Shown here: piece after piece, positions 37,813-45,454 of the stretch
How the letters are laid out: every line of letters begins with the position of its first letter
How positions within the stretch are numbered: the stretch's first letter is position 1
Source: an uncultured Bacteroidales bacterium
GTDB taxonomy: Bacteria; Bacteroidota; Bacteroidia; Bacteroidales; F082
Direction: 5' to 3'
Assembly (NCBI GenBank): GCA_947302205.1
Contig: CAMYVD010000004.1
Location: forward strand, 4,218-68,217
Length of the DNA stretch: 64,000 bases
Made by a program: the position numbers and the translations under genes
The notes under the pieces: generated by a model
Seen by the model: only the letters and a program-made list of their open reading frames with translations
The model's database searches: none
What the model was told of the DNA's origin: nothing

Positions 37813-38534
37813 CAGAGTTCCAGGTTGGGTTTCACACTGTAGCGGTTGTAGAAATCCTCGATCACCTTAACGGCGTCTTCGGCAGTGTCAACCACGTGGA
37901 AAATGTCGAAGTCTTCTTCGTTGATCATGTGTTCCGGGAGCAAGGTGTTGCGGAACCAGTCGATGAGCCCCTGCCAGTAGTCCTTGCCGACGAGCACGAC
38001 GGGGAAGTCGCAAAGTTTCTCGGTTTGGATGAGGGTGAGGGCTTCCGACATCTCGTCGAGGGTGCCAAAGCCACCGGGCATGGCAATGTAACCTTGAGCG
38101 TAACGCATGAAGATGTTCTTGCGGACGAAGAAGTAGTTGAACCGGATGTTCTTGTCGAAATCGACGTAGTCGTTGCACTTGCCTTCGAAGGGCAGCAGGA
38201 TCTCGCATCCCACGCTGATGCCGCCCGCTTCTTTGGCGCCTTTGTTGCCGGCTTCCATGATGCCAGGGCCACCTCCGGTGATGACGCCGAAACCAAGTTT
38301 GGTAATGCCGTGCGCGATGTCCACGGCCATCTCATAATACTTTTCTCCCGGTTTGGTGCGCGCTGATCCGAAGATGGCGACGCAAGGCCCGATCTTCGAC
38401 ATCTTTTCCATGCCATCCACAAACTCGGCCATGATTTTGAAAACAGACCAGGAGTCGTGGGCTTTTACATTGCTCCATGTTTTGGGTTGGAAACTCTGGC
38501 GGATGATTTTTTCTTCTCTTTCGGTAATAGGCAT
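37812..38534 (-). CDS. LOG family protein (TIGR00730 Rossmann-fold nucleotide-binding / cytokinin riboside 5'-monophosphate phosphoribohydrolase-like)
   Basis: GGGPGIMEA and PGGFGTLDE motifs. I chose the start at MPITERE (38534). The stop overlaps the protease ATG (TGATG). Confidence 0.8.
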   Translation of the reverse strand: MPITEREEKIIRQSFQPKTWSNVKAHDSWSVFKIMAEFVDGMEKMSKIGPCVAIFGSARTKPGEKYYEMAVDIAHGITKLGFGVITGGGPGIMEAGNKGAKEAGGISVGCEILLPFEGKCNDYVDFDKNIRFNYFFVRKNIFMRYAQGYIAMPGGFGTLDEMSEALTLIQTEKLCDFPVVLVGKDYWQGLIDWFRNTLLPEHMINEEDFDIFHVVDTAEDAVKVIEDFYNRYSVKPNLEL

Positions 38535-38546
38535 AATAAAAATGTT

Positions 38547-38554
38547 TATTTTTG
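38547..38554 (+). promoter_or_regulatory. -7 box TATTTTTG upstream of tRNA-Gly
   Basis: Matches TAnnTTTG, 10 nt before the tRNA 5' end. Confidence 0.5.
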
Positions 38555-38564
38555 CAATCCCAAC

Positions 38565-38637
38565 GCGAATGTAGCTCAGTTGGTAGAGCATCAGCTTCCC
38601 AAGCTGAGGGTCGCGGGTTCGAACCCCGTTATTCGCT
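38565..38637 (+). tRNA. tRNA-Gly (anticodon CCC)
   Basis: Acceptor GCGAATG/TATTCGC, anticodon stem TCAGC/GCTGA with loop TTCCCAA, T-arm GCGGG-TTCGAAC-CCCGT, discriminator U. Confidence 0.9.
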
Positions 38638-38648
38638 CGGTTTTGAAT

Positions 38649-38692
38649 GTTGTAGGGCTGTCACAATGTGGCAGCCCTACATTTTTTTTTTG
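38649..38692. terminator. Bidirectional terminator hairpin
   Basis: 10-bp stem tgtagggctg/cagccctaca followed by T10. It lies between tRNA-Gly and the convergent SPFH gene. Confidence 0.75.
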
Positions 38693-40003
38693 TTAGGCTA
38701 CAGGGGTACCGCACTCAGGGCAGAACTTACCTGTCACTTCAGCACCGCACTTCGGGCATTTCTTTGGGCCAACGGCTACCAATGGCGTACCGCACTCAGG
38801 GCAGAACTTACCAGTGCTTTCTGTGCCGCACTTCGGGCATTTCATGGCTGCCTTTGGGGCAGGAGCTGGCGTGCCGCATTCAGGGCAGAACTTGCCTGTG
38901 ATTGGGGTGCCGCAGTTGGGGCAGGGGACGCCTTGAGGTGCTTGTGGTCCGCCTTGGGGCGCTTGTGGCCCGCCTTGTGGAGCTTTCGGGCCACCTTGGT
39001 TGTATGGATCGTAGTTGACCTGTCCGCCGCCTTGGTTGTTCCAGGCATTTTGCATCACGCTACCGGTCATGCCACCGCTTCCCATGTTCATCATGCCCAT
39101 GCCCATGAAGGCACCGGCTGCACCGCCGGTATTGTTGGCTGCATCGCCCATGGCCTCGATGATCTTGCCTTGTTGCATCATCGCATTGGAGCTGAATTCG
39201 TAACGGTCGATCTTGGCTTGGCTGGCTTCATCAAGTGATACGGATTCCACGGTGAAGCTGACCAGACGGATACCGCGGGCACGGATGGGCTCGTCGAACA
39301 CCTTCTCATCCATCACCTGCTTGATTTCGTCAGTGTTGCTGGGGAGTTCGAGCACAGGAACACGGTGTTGGCTGTTGCCCATTTCGTTAAGCACGTTCTG
39401 GAACGAAGCGATCACCTCGCTACGCATCTGCTCGGTGATGTCTTTCTTCTTGACGACGGTGCCGGTACCGGCGTGGTTACGCATGAAGATGCCTATATCG
39501 TCAAGTTGGAAGGTGTATTTGCCATAGCAGCGAACGTTGACACCCATGGGGCTCATTGAGCCGGTCATCTGGTTCGGGATGGCGTGTGACCAATCCTGGA
39601 AAGGAATAGGAGTGGCTGTGCCGAACTTGTTGTCTAAGATCTCCTTGATGTTGAAGAAGAAGACGGCTTGTTCCTTGGCGGGAGTGCCACCATAGGTGAA
39701 ACGTTGCCACATTTCCTTGAAGACAGGTCCGAACTGGCCGCCAAAGAATGACGGAGAGGATGACTGATCGAAGGTGTAAACGCCTTCCTCGGCCGATGCG
39801 TCGAGGACGGAACCGCTGTCGTAGATGACTACGGCCTGGCCGGGAGCCACGAGGATGCGGCTGCCCTTGGAGATTTGCCCCGACTTGGTGGTCTGTTTCA
39901 CCATCAGGGTGTCCATGTCCATGTTGTCACATTTGATTAGGTCTAACCATTGGTCGCGCATGGTGCTTCCTACGGCTCCGGTGATTGCTTTAATAAGTCC
40001 CAT
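38693..40003 (-). CDS. SPFH/band-7 domain protein (COG4260/YdjI-like) with three C-terminal zinc ribbons
   Basis: N-terminal MGLIKAITGAVGSTMRDQW.. followed by an SPFH-like core. Gly/Met-rich and PQGG repeats. Three copies of CPxCGxxxTGKFCPECGTP. Confidence 0.65.
   Translation of the reverse strand: MGLIKAITGAVGSTMRDQWLDLIKCDNMDMDTLMVKQTTKSGQISKGSRILVAPGQAVVIYDSGSVLDASAEEGVYTFDQSSSPSFFGGQFGPVFKEMWQRFTYGGTPAKEQAVFFFNIKEILDNKFGTATPIPFQDWSHAIPNQMTGSMSPMGVNVRCYGKYTFQLDDIGIFMRNHAGTGTVVKKKDITEQMRSEVIASFQNVLNEMGNSQHRVPVLELPSNTDEIKQVMDEKVFDEPIRARGIRLVSFTVESVSLDEASQAKIDRYEFSSNAMMQQGKIIEAMGDAANNTGGAAGAFMGMGMMNMGSGGMTGSVMQNAWNNQGGGQVNYDPYNQGGPKAPQGGPQAPQGGPQAPQGVPCPNCGTPITGKFCPECGTPAPAPKAAMKCPKCGTESTGKFCPECGTPLVAVGPKKCPKCGAEVTGKFCPECGTPVA
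38696..38930 (-). repeat. Three tandem ~66-70-nt coding repeats (zinc-ribbon modules)
   Basis: + strand accgcactcagggcagaacttacc..gcaccgcacttcgggcatttc occurs at about 38709 and 38779, with a diverged copy at about 38872. Confidence 0.8.
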
Positions 40004-40034
40004 AGTGTTATTTATTTATTTGTTTGTTAATTTG

Positions 40035-40943
40035 TTAGTTTCTTGAATGAATGTCGGTCAGCACCCAATCGTGTTCGCCGTTGGTGATGACGCTGCCGCA
40101 GTAGGAACACTGTCCGGATGAGGTGACCTCAGTGGGGGCACCGCAGTTGGGGCAGTTGGTGATGGCGTTGCCCTTGCGTCCCGGGTCGGTCTTCAAGCCG
40201 GCCTTGCGGTTGAACACCATCTCGTATTTCATGTACCAGTCACGGTTGGGGTCGCTCTCGAGCACGTTCTTAGTGGCATCGTCAATCACATAGTCGCGCA
40301 TCACCGCATTGAGCCACACGGTGAGCACTTCCTTGTCGCCGTCTTCCACAAAACTGTGCAGTGAGCAATGCTTGATGCCGATTTTCTCCACCACGTTGGT
40401 CTTGCCCAAGCGGATGTATTCGTCAAGCTGTTGCTTGTGCTGGTTGAAGAGGGTCTCGCTCTCGAAGGGACGGATGGGCTTCCAATCCTTGGTCGTCCAG
40501 GCTTCCTGGATCTTCATGAAGACTTCACGGGCAAAGCCGATGAACTTGTCGGCCGAGAAGGCGGGGTCGATGGTCTGGATTTGGTTGGCCACCATGGGGC
40601 TGTAGTCGGGAGTGGTGTCGGTCCTCATCTGATTCTCCACCTGCTGATTGACATAGCCGGGGTCGTTGGCCTGCTTCTGGGCTTTCTTTTTCCTGATGAA
40701 ATAAATGACCAAAATGATGGCCAGTACGATCATGCCAGTGACGGGATCGTCAATGAAGAGACCGATTAGGTAGCCAATGAGCATGCCGAGGTCACCATCG
40801 CCACCATCTCCACCACCGGAATTATAGCGATTCTGGTTGCCCACGTCTCCGAAAGCAAAAGTACATACTAACAAACTGATTGCCAATAAAATAAATGGCA
40901 AGTAACGTTGTAGCTTCCTTAAGTTGTTTCGCTTCATACCCAT
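40035..40943 (-). CDS. Tim44-like domain membrane protein with a C-terminal zinc ribbon
   Basis: N-terminal TM helices, then the Tim44-like region ..FSADKFIGFAREVFMKIQEAWTTKDWKPIRPFESETLF.., and C-terminal CPNCGAP..CSYCGSV. I chose the start at the first ATG after the -7 box, because the ORF-track TTG start lies inside the box. Confidence 0.6.
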   Translation of the reverse strand: MGMKRNNLRKLQRYLPFILLAISLLVCTFAFGDVGNQNRYNSGGGDGGDGDLGMLIGYLIGLFIDDPVTGMIVLAIILVIYFIRKKKAQKQANDPGYVNQQVENQMRTDTTPDYSPMVANQIQTIDPAFSADKFIGFAREVFMKIQEAWTTKDWKPIRPFESETLFNQHKQQLDEYIRLGKTNVVEKIGIKHCSLHSFVEDGDKEVLTVWLNAVMRDYVIDDATKNVLESDPNRDWYMKYEMVFNRKAGLKTDPGRKGNAITNCPNCGAPTEVTSSGQCSYCGSVITNGEHDWVLTDIHSRN

Positions 40944-40955
40944 GATATTGAAAAG

Positions 40956-40963
40956 CAAAGATA
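40956..40963 (-). promoter_or_regulatory. -7 box TATCTTTG for the Tim44-like/SPFH operon
   Basis: The reverse complement of caaagata matches TAnnTTTG. It lies 12 nt upstream of the ATG at 40943. Confidence 0.45.
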
Positions 40964-41005
40964 ATAAAAATCTAGAAAAAAGTCATTGTATTTGAAAAAA
41001 ACGAC

Positions 41006-41013
41006 TATCTTTG
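41006..41013 (+). promoter_or_regulatory. -7 box TATCTTTG upstream of tRNA-Val
   Basis: Matches TAnnTTTG, 11 nt before the tRNA 5' end. Confidence 0.5.
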
Positions 41014-41024
41014 CACCCGCAAAT

Positions 41025-41099
41025 GGGAGTTTAGCTCAGTTGGTTCAGAGCACCTGCCTTACAAGCAGGGGGTCGCTGGTTCGAATCCAACAATTCCCA
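41025..41099 (+). tRNA. tRNA-Val (anticodon TAC)
   Basis: Acceptor GGGAGTT/AATTCCC, anticodon stem CCTGC/GCAGG with loop CTTACAA, T-arm CTGG-TTCGAAT-CCAA (4 bp), discriminator A. Confidence 0.9.
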
Positions 41100-41110
41100 C
41101 AAACAAGCAG

Positions 41111-41145
41111 AAAGCCCGCTGATTTTCAGCGGGCTTTTCTTTTTC
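41111..41145 (+). terminator. Rho-independent terminator after tRNA-Val
   Basis: 10-bp stem aaagcccgct/agcgggcttt with loop gattttc, followed by a T-rich tail. Confidence 0.75.
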
Positions 41146-41518
41146 TCCTCATTTTGCCCCCTAATTTAGGATCACCGACGAAGGAAGGTAATGATGGGGG
41201 CGTCGTCGGGTTTAGTTGTCGGGATCTACGCCACTTTCCTTGGTGAACTGCTTGCTGGTCACGGAGCTGGTCACGGTGCCGTCGCTGGCTACGGCCAGTG
41301 CTAAAAAAAGGTTGTTGAATTTTTTTTGGTTTTTGGTTCGGTTTTTTTGGGTTTTTTCGGGTTAGCGAAAAGTCAGAGTTACATCAGACTTACATCAGAG
41401 TTGGAACATCATGTCAAAGAGCGTTTGTCGAATCGATTGACGAGGCAAAAATACGGCATCCCCAACTGGCACTCGGGCGATAGCGGAGGATGCCGTGCGA
41501 TGGCGGAACTTTTTGTTT

Positions 41519-41860
41519 CAAGATTCATGTTTCAAGTACGCTTCGGTTTTGGTGTAGAGGCCGGTCTGTTCGTCGAGGGTGATGAAGTCGCGGCGCTTCC
41601 ACAAGGTTCGACAATTGGCCTTTGTTGCAGCCCGAATCGCCCACCAAACTGGCCATCATGCCCGTCGGTTCCTTCCAACTGAGGTCTGGATACTGAAATT
41701 CCGAACCGCTCATATGAGCGCCAAGTACGGGGAAAAGCATCGGAACGAGGGGTTCGTGCATGTCTTTTGAGGCCTGCGAGAGCAGGATTCTGATGCATTC
41801 TGTCCCTTTTCCGAGGGCAGGCATCGTGGGTGCTGTAGCTTTTGTGATATCGTATCTCAT
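41519..41860 (-). pseudogene. Truncated and frameshifted fragment resembling the N-terminus of a DUF3987/YfjI-like mobile-element protein
   Basis: MRYDITKATAPTMPALGKG..PMLFPVLGAHMSG..WKEPTGMMASLVGDSGCNKGQLSNLVEA. A protein-like continuation (KRRDFITLDEQTGLYTKTEAYLKHES*) then appears in another frame. The fragment is only about 115 aa, far shorter than I would expect for this family. The family assignment is from memory only. Confidence 0.3.
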
Positions 41861-42506
41861 TGTAATTTTGCTTTTTAGATAAATATGAAACACTCAAATC
41901 TTCCAATTCCAAATCTTCCAGTTATTTTTTGGAGGATTCCAAATCTTCTAATTCAATATATAACTATCTATATAACAATTAGTTATAAAGTATTAATAAG
42001 GGTTTTTGTCTCTCCTTTTTAAATTGGAAGAACTGGAATTGGAAGGAATCTTCCCTAAAAGGCCTGCGATGGCAAGGGGCTCTGCAGCAGCCTCGACGCA
42101 GAAGTCCTTGAAGGTCGTGATTCAGCACGCCTTGGTAGTCCTTGCCTATCTTGGCGAAGCGGTCCCGTTTGAGGATGGTTTTCAGATCGACGCAGAGGTC
42201 GGTGTTGGTGGCTTTTCTGTTTGTTTTTTTAATTTTGGTTGACATTGTATTTTGTCTCTCCGGGAATCCCCCCGGTCTCACACGGGGGACCCTCCGCACA
42301 ACCGGGGAAGTGAGACAGGCCTACGGACCGACGCTTGACCGTTCAGAAACCGGCGGCTTTTTGCAGGGGGCTGTCGGTAAAAAAAGCTGCTTCAGGTTAT
42401 CGGTAAAGGCTTTGAAAGAGCCGTCCAAATCTTTCAAAACTTCCTGAACATCGTCAAGACCAGGAAACCGAATGCCCGGAAGGGGAGGAGGAAGAAACGG
42501 TGAAAT

Positions 42507-42549
42507 AAAGCAATTGCCATCGTAAATGTACGGTGGCAATTGCTTTTTT
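42507..42549 (+). terminator. Strong hairpin plus T6 on the + strand, an orphan terminator
   Basis: 13-bp stem aaagcaattgcca/tggcaattgcttt with an inner 4-bp cgta/tacg, followed by tttttt. No convincing CDS lies upstream on the + strand. Confidence 0.5.
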
Positions 42550-42777
42550 AGAAAATATTGTTTCATTGGGGTGGATTCTATATTTTGTAACCCAACATCC
42601 GCCTCAACTTCCTCATTTCCCTCAACTCTTTTTTCGTGAGGAAAAGCGCCTGGCTCATACCTCAGTTCCTCCATTTCGTATTTTCTCCGGGCATCCCTTA
42701 TGTCTTTCGACTCTCTGCTGTTATCGGCTCACCCGTAAAAGCCTGTGTTTTAAGCGATTTTCAATTTCAGAATTTTG

Positions 42778-42785
42778 TTTTAAAT
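42778..42785 (+). promoter_or_regulatory. -7 box TAAATTTG
   Basis: Matches TAnnTTTG, about 40 nt upstream of the ATG at 42824. Coordinates are approximate, to within a few nt. Confidence 0.35.
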
Positions 42786-42823
42786 TTGTGGCTGAATAAC
42801 AAAACAATTAAATCTCAAATCAG

Positions 42824-43456
42824 ATGAAAGCAATTAAAATCAACTTCAGCGAGGCTAACGACGAACTTTTCGGACAAAGCAAATGGTGGGGCATGCCCGA
42901 CATGCCCGAAGACTGGGAATATCCTGAAATCACAGGCGACGACGGTGAACCCTGGCCGCTCACCTTTGTCTGCCAGATCCGCTGCGCCGACATAGCCAAG
43001 TTCGACACCGAGAACCTGTTGCCTCACGAAGGAATGTTGTACTTCTTCGCCGCCATCGACGAGTACATAGAGACTGCTTGGGCAGAGTGCCCTTACCACA
43101 ATGGCCTTGGCGAATGGAGCCACGACGCCTTCAAAGTGCTATACTCACCCACCACTGACAACCTGACGCCATTCGAGATCACCCTTGATGACGACGAGCC
43201 GGCCAATTTCCCCGTAGAAGCCATCAACTTCGAAGAGGAAGCCCCGTACTCCTATGGGTTCCGTCTGCTCGGAAAGGCCACCCCAGGCGAAGTCGCCGAC
43301 TATTACGGTGATTACTACAACCTCCTGCAAATCGAGGAGGAAGAGCGTTGGGACTTGAGGCTCTACGACATGGGGATGATCAACTTCCTCATCAAGCCCG
43401 AAGACCTGAAAGCCAAACGCTTTGAGAAGACCATGTTGTATTTCGAATCAATGTAA
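42824..43456 (+). CDS. DUF1963 (YwqG-like) domain protein
   Basis: ..SKWWGMPDMPEDWEYPE..PLTFVCQIRCADI..LLPHEGMLYFFAAIDEY..INFLIKPEDL.. Confidence 0.6.
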   Translation: MKAIKINFSEANDELFGQSKWWGMPDMPEDWEYPEITGDDGEPWPLTFVCQIRCADIAKFDTENLLPHEGMLYFFAAIDEYIETAWAECPYHNGLGEWSHDAFKVLYSPTTDNLTPFEITLDDDEPANFPVEAINFEEEAPYSYGFRLLGKATPGEVADYYGDYYNLLQIEEEERWDLRLYDMGMINFLIKPEDLKAKRFEKTMLYFESM

Positions 43457-43461
43457 TTAGT

Positions 43462-45354
43462 TTATCGTTTGGAGTTGACTAATTTACGTGTGACCAGATT
43501 GCCATTTCGGGTGAGGCCCTGGATGAGGTAGATGCCGGAAGGCAGATGCTCCACATCGGTCTCGTTGACGAGTTGGCCGGTCATCGTGTAGATCTTCGTG
43601 ATGGTAACGATGGGCTCATCGGTGCTTTCGGTGACGGATTGGAAATTCGGGATTTCGAGGAGGAGGTAGTCTTCGCCATCGGGGGTGGGGGCAAAGTTTG
43701 ACTCGCAGTCTTCATACACAGCGGTCAGTTTGAAGACATAGTCTCCGGGATCTCTGTCTGTGTAGTAGGAGTCATACTGGCCGTCAATCTCGATGATTTC
43801 CTTTAGGCCTTCGCAATAAAGGTTATAGTGGAGCGGCTGTGTTTCAGGTGCGGTCCATGAAAGGACGGCGGCACTGCTGCCCGTGGCGGTGTTGTAATAG
43901 GCCTCGCCTTGGAAGTTGGTCGGTGCATCGCACGGCGCAGGTGGGGTAGGAGGAGCGACTTCGCCCATCTCGCCGTTTTGACCGATGTTTTGTCCATACA
44001 TGCCACCAGGGCCGCTGCCGACTGCATCGGTTGAATTGATCCAGGTGATGATGTTCTGCCCGTCATGGAATCCGGTGCTGTTTCTGCAACTTGTCTTGCT
44101 GTAATTGCTTGAGCACATCTGTGTGTTCCATATATTGTTGCCGTTCATATCGAAACCTTGGGCCTCAACAGTAGCCATGCTTCCGGATGTCTGGCTGACA
44201 CCTTTGAAGTAGGTAACGACAAAACCGTCGCCGAATTCGAAGGCGTCGATGTTATAACCTCCACAAGGAACGACACCGTTGTCAAGCACGAGGATGCCGT
44301 CGCCCCACAACACTTCACCGTATGACGTGATGCGGTTCACGTAAATCTTGCACTGAACCTGATTAGCGTCGTCGGTCTGTTCATAGACGAGGATGATGTC
44401 GTGGCTGACGGGATCGACGGTGGCGCTTGCGGAGATGTATAGGTTGTTGCTGTCGGGTGAGTGTACCGGTACGCCGTTGGGATCCATGATGGTTGAGTTG
44501 CCGTTTTGGTCGAAGTGGAACACGTAAACGTTGAAATTATAAAAAGCAGGATGGAAGATGTAAACGTAACCACCGCCCATGCCGTCGGAAATGGCAGAAT
44601 GGATATAGGTTGATTGGAATGTCTGTTCCGCCATCAGCTGCGTTTCTGGGCTGAACTGAGTGCCATCGGTATTGTAACCTGCGACATAGATCGATTTGTT
44701 GGTGTACATACCGCTTCCGAGTTTCTCGTAGGTCACGAAGACTTTGTTGTCATTGCCAAGCGTGAGCTTCCCGAACATGCAATTCTGGCCGCCGTTATCG
44801 TGAATGGTGACAACGGGTCCAGCACTTTCGTTGAGATACTGAAGATACAGATTCGTGTAGTCAAAGCCCAGTGCCCAGATGCCGCCATCGTCGGTGGCGA
44901 TCACCTCGACACGTGAGAAGCCGAGTCCGTTGAAAAGTTGTACACCCTGTTCTCCCCAGGGGAAGGTGCCGTCAGGATTGATTTTCACGGCGTAGGAATG
45001 GTCGTCGTCGGCTGCGAAACAACTGACGACCCCACCATCAGTAGTGGTTGTCATGGCAAAGCCTTGACTGGAGGATGCAAACTGATGGCCCGCAATATGG
45101 ATGCCACTGACGCCCCATTGCGGTTCTCCTGCAAAATTGATTCGTTGCAATGTCGGAGACCATCCGTTCCCGCCGACAAAGCTGGACCATTGGACGTAAG
45201 TGTCGCCGGTGTTATGGTTTGTCGCGGTGTAAATCTCGCCAGCGTCAGCAGAGGTGTTGGCAATAAAGGTGTTGTTGACAGGGTCGTTGACCCATTGTGC
45301 TTGCATGACGCTAAAGGTTAGCAATGCAAAAACGAGTATAAAAAGTCTTTTCAT
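43462..45354 (-). CDS. Secreted protein with a T9SS C-terminal sorting domain
   Basis: I chose the start at MKRLFILVFALLTFSVMQAQ. C-terminus ..IYTMTGQLVNETDVEHLPSGIYLIQGLTRNGNLVTRKLV... Confidence 0.7.
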   Translation of the reverse strand: MKRLFILVFALLTFSVMQAQWVNDPVNNTFIANTSADAGEIYTATNHNTGDTYVQWSSFVGGNGWSPTLQRINFAGEPQWGVSGIHIAGHQFASSSQGFAMTTTTDGGVVSCFAADDDHSYAVKINPDGTFPWGEQGVQLFNGLGFSRVEVIATDDGGIWALGFDYTNLYLQYLNESAGPVVTIHDNGGQNCMFGKLTLGNDNKVFVTYEKLGSGMYTNKSIYVAGYNTDGTQFSPETQLMAEQTFQSTYIHSAISDGMGGGYVYIFHPAFYNFNVYVFHFDQNGNSTIMDPNGVPVHSPDSNNLYISASATVDPVSHDIILVYEQTDDANQVQCKIYVNRITSYGEVLWGDGILVLDNGVVPCGGYNIDAFEFGDGFVVTYFKGVSQTSGSMATVEAQGFDMNGNNIWNTQMCSSNYSKTSCRNSTGFHDGQNIITWINSTDAVGSGPGGMYGQNIGQNGEMGEVAPPTPPAPCDAPTNFQGEAYYNTATGSSAAVLSWTAPETQPLHYNLYCEGLKEIIEIDGQYDSYYTDRDPGDYVFKLTAVYEDCESNFAPTPDGEDYLLLEIPNFQSVTESTDEPIVTITKIYTMTGQLVNETDVEHLPSGIYLIQGLTRNGNLVTRKLVNSKR

Positions 45355-45390
45355 GGTGAATATATTTGGTTTATCGAAGTCCAAAAATAA

Positions 45391-45431
45391 TAAAAAAAGT
45401 AATGGCCGCCAATTGGCAGCCATTACTTTTT
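45391..45431 (-). terminator. Terminator of the MFS gene
   Basis: Stem agtaatggc/gccattact, with a T-run on the - strand. Confidence 0.6.
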
Positions 45432-45454
45432 ACAATTTTTTTGATTTTATTCGC

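Noticed and set aside
38696-38930. Tandem DNA repeats here and at 15101-15271, considered as possible CRISPR-like or satellite arrays.
   Set aside because: The repeats are contiguous with no spacers. They are in frame and encode zinc-ribbon modules and RP(S/T)xxx hexapeptides respectively. No cas genes are present.
40944-40958. TTG start of the Tim44-like ORF as given in the ORF track (MLFNIMGM..).
   Set aside because: That TTG is the last three bases of the TATCTTTG -7 box, so it would lie upstream of the transcription start. The first ATG (40943) or the next one (40937) is the likely start.
41191-41304. 37-codon + strand ORF (MMGASSGLVVGIYATFLGELLAGHGAGHGAVAGYGQC) just after the tRNA-Val terminator.
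   Set aside because: The opposite-strand frame over the same bases uses the genome's preferred codons (ACC, AGC, GTG, GAC, AAG) and looks like the C-terminus of a lost gene. The + ORF has no promoter box. It remains undecided but is most likely spurious.
42245-42549. Tested whether the candidate structured RNA is RNase P RNA or SRP (4.5S) RNA. The prompts were CAGAAACCGGCGGCTT, which resembles the RNase P ACAGAACCCGGCTTA, and CCCGGAAGGGGAGGAGGAAG, which resembles the SRP GGAA tetraloop region.
   Set aside because: There is no GAGGAAAGTCCGG element and the length is too short for RNase P. The SRP 3'-side AGCA symmetric-loop consensus is absent. The similarities are short and likely due to chance.
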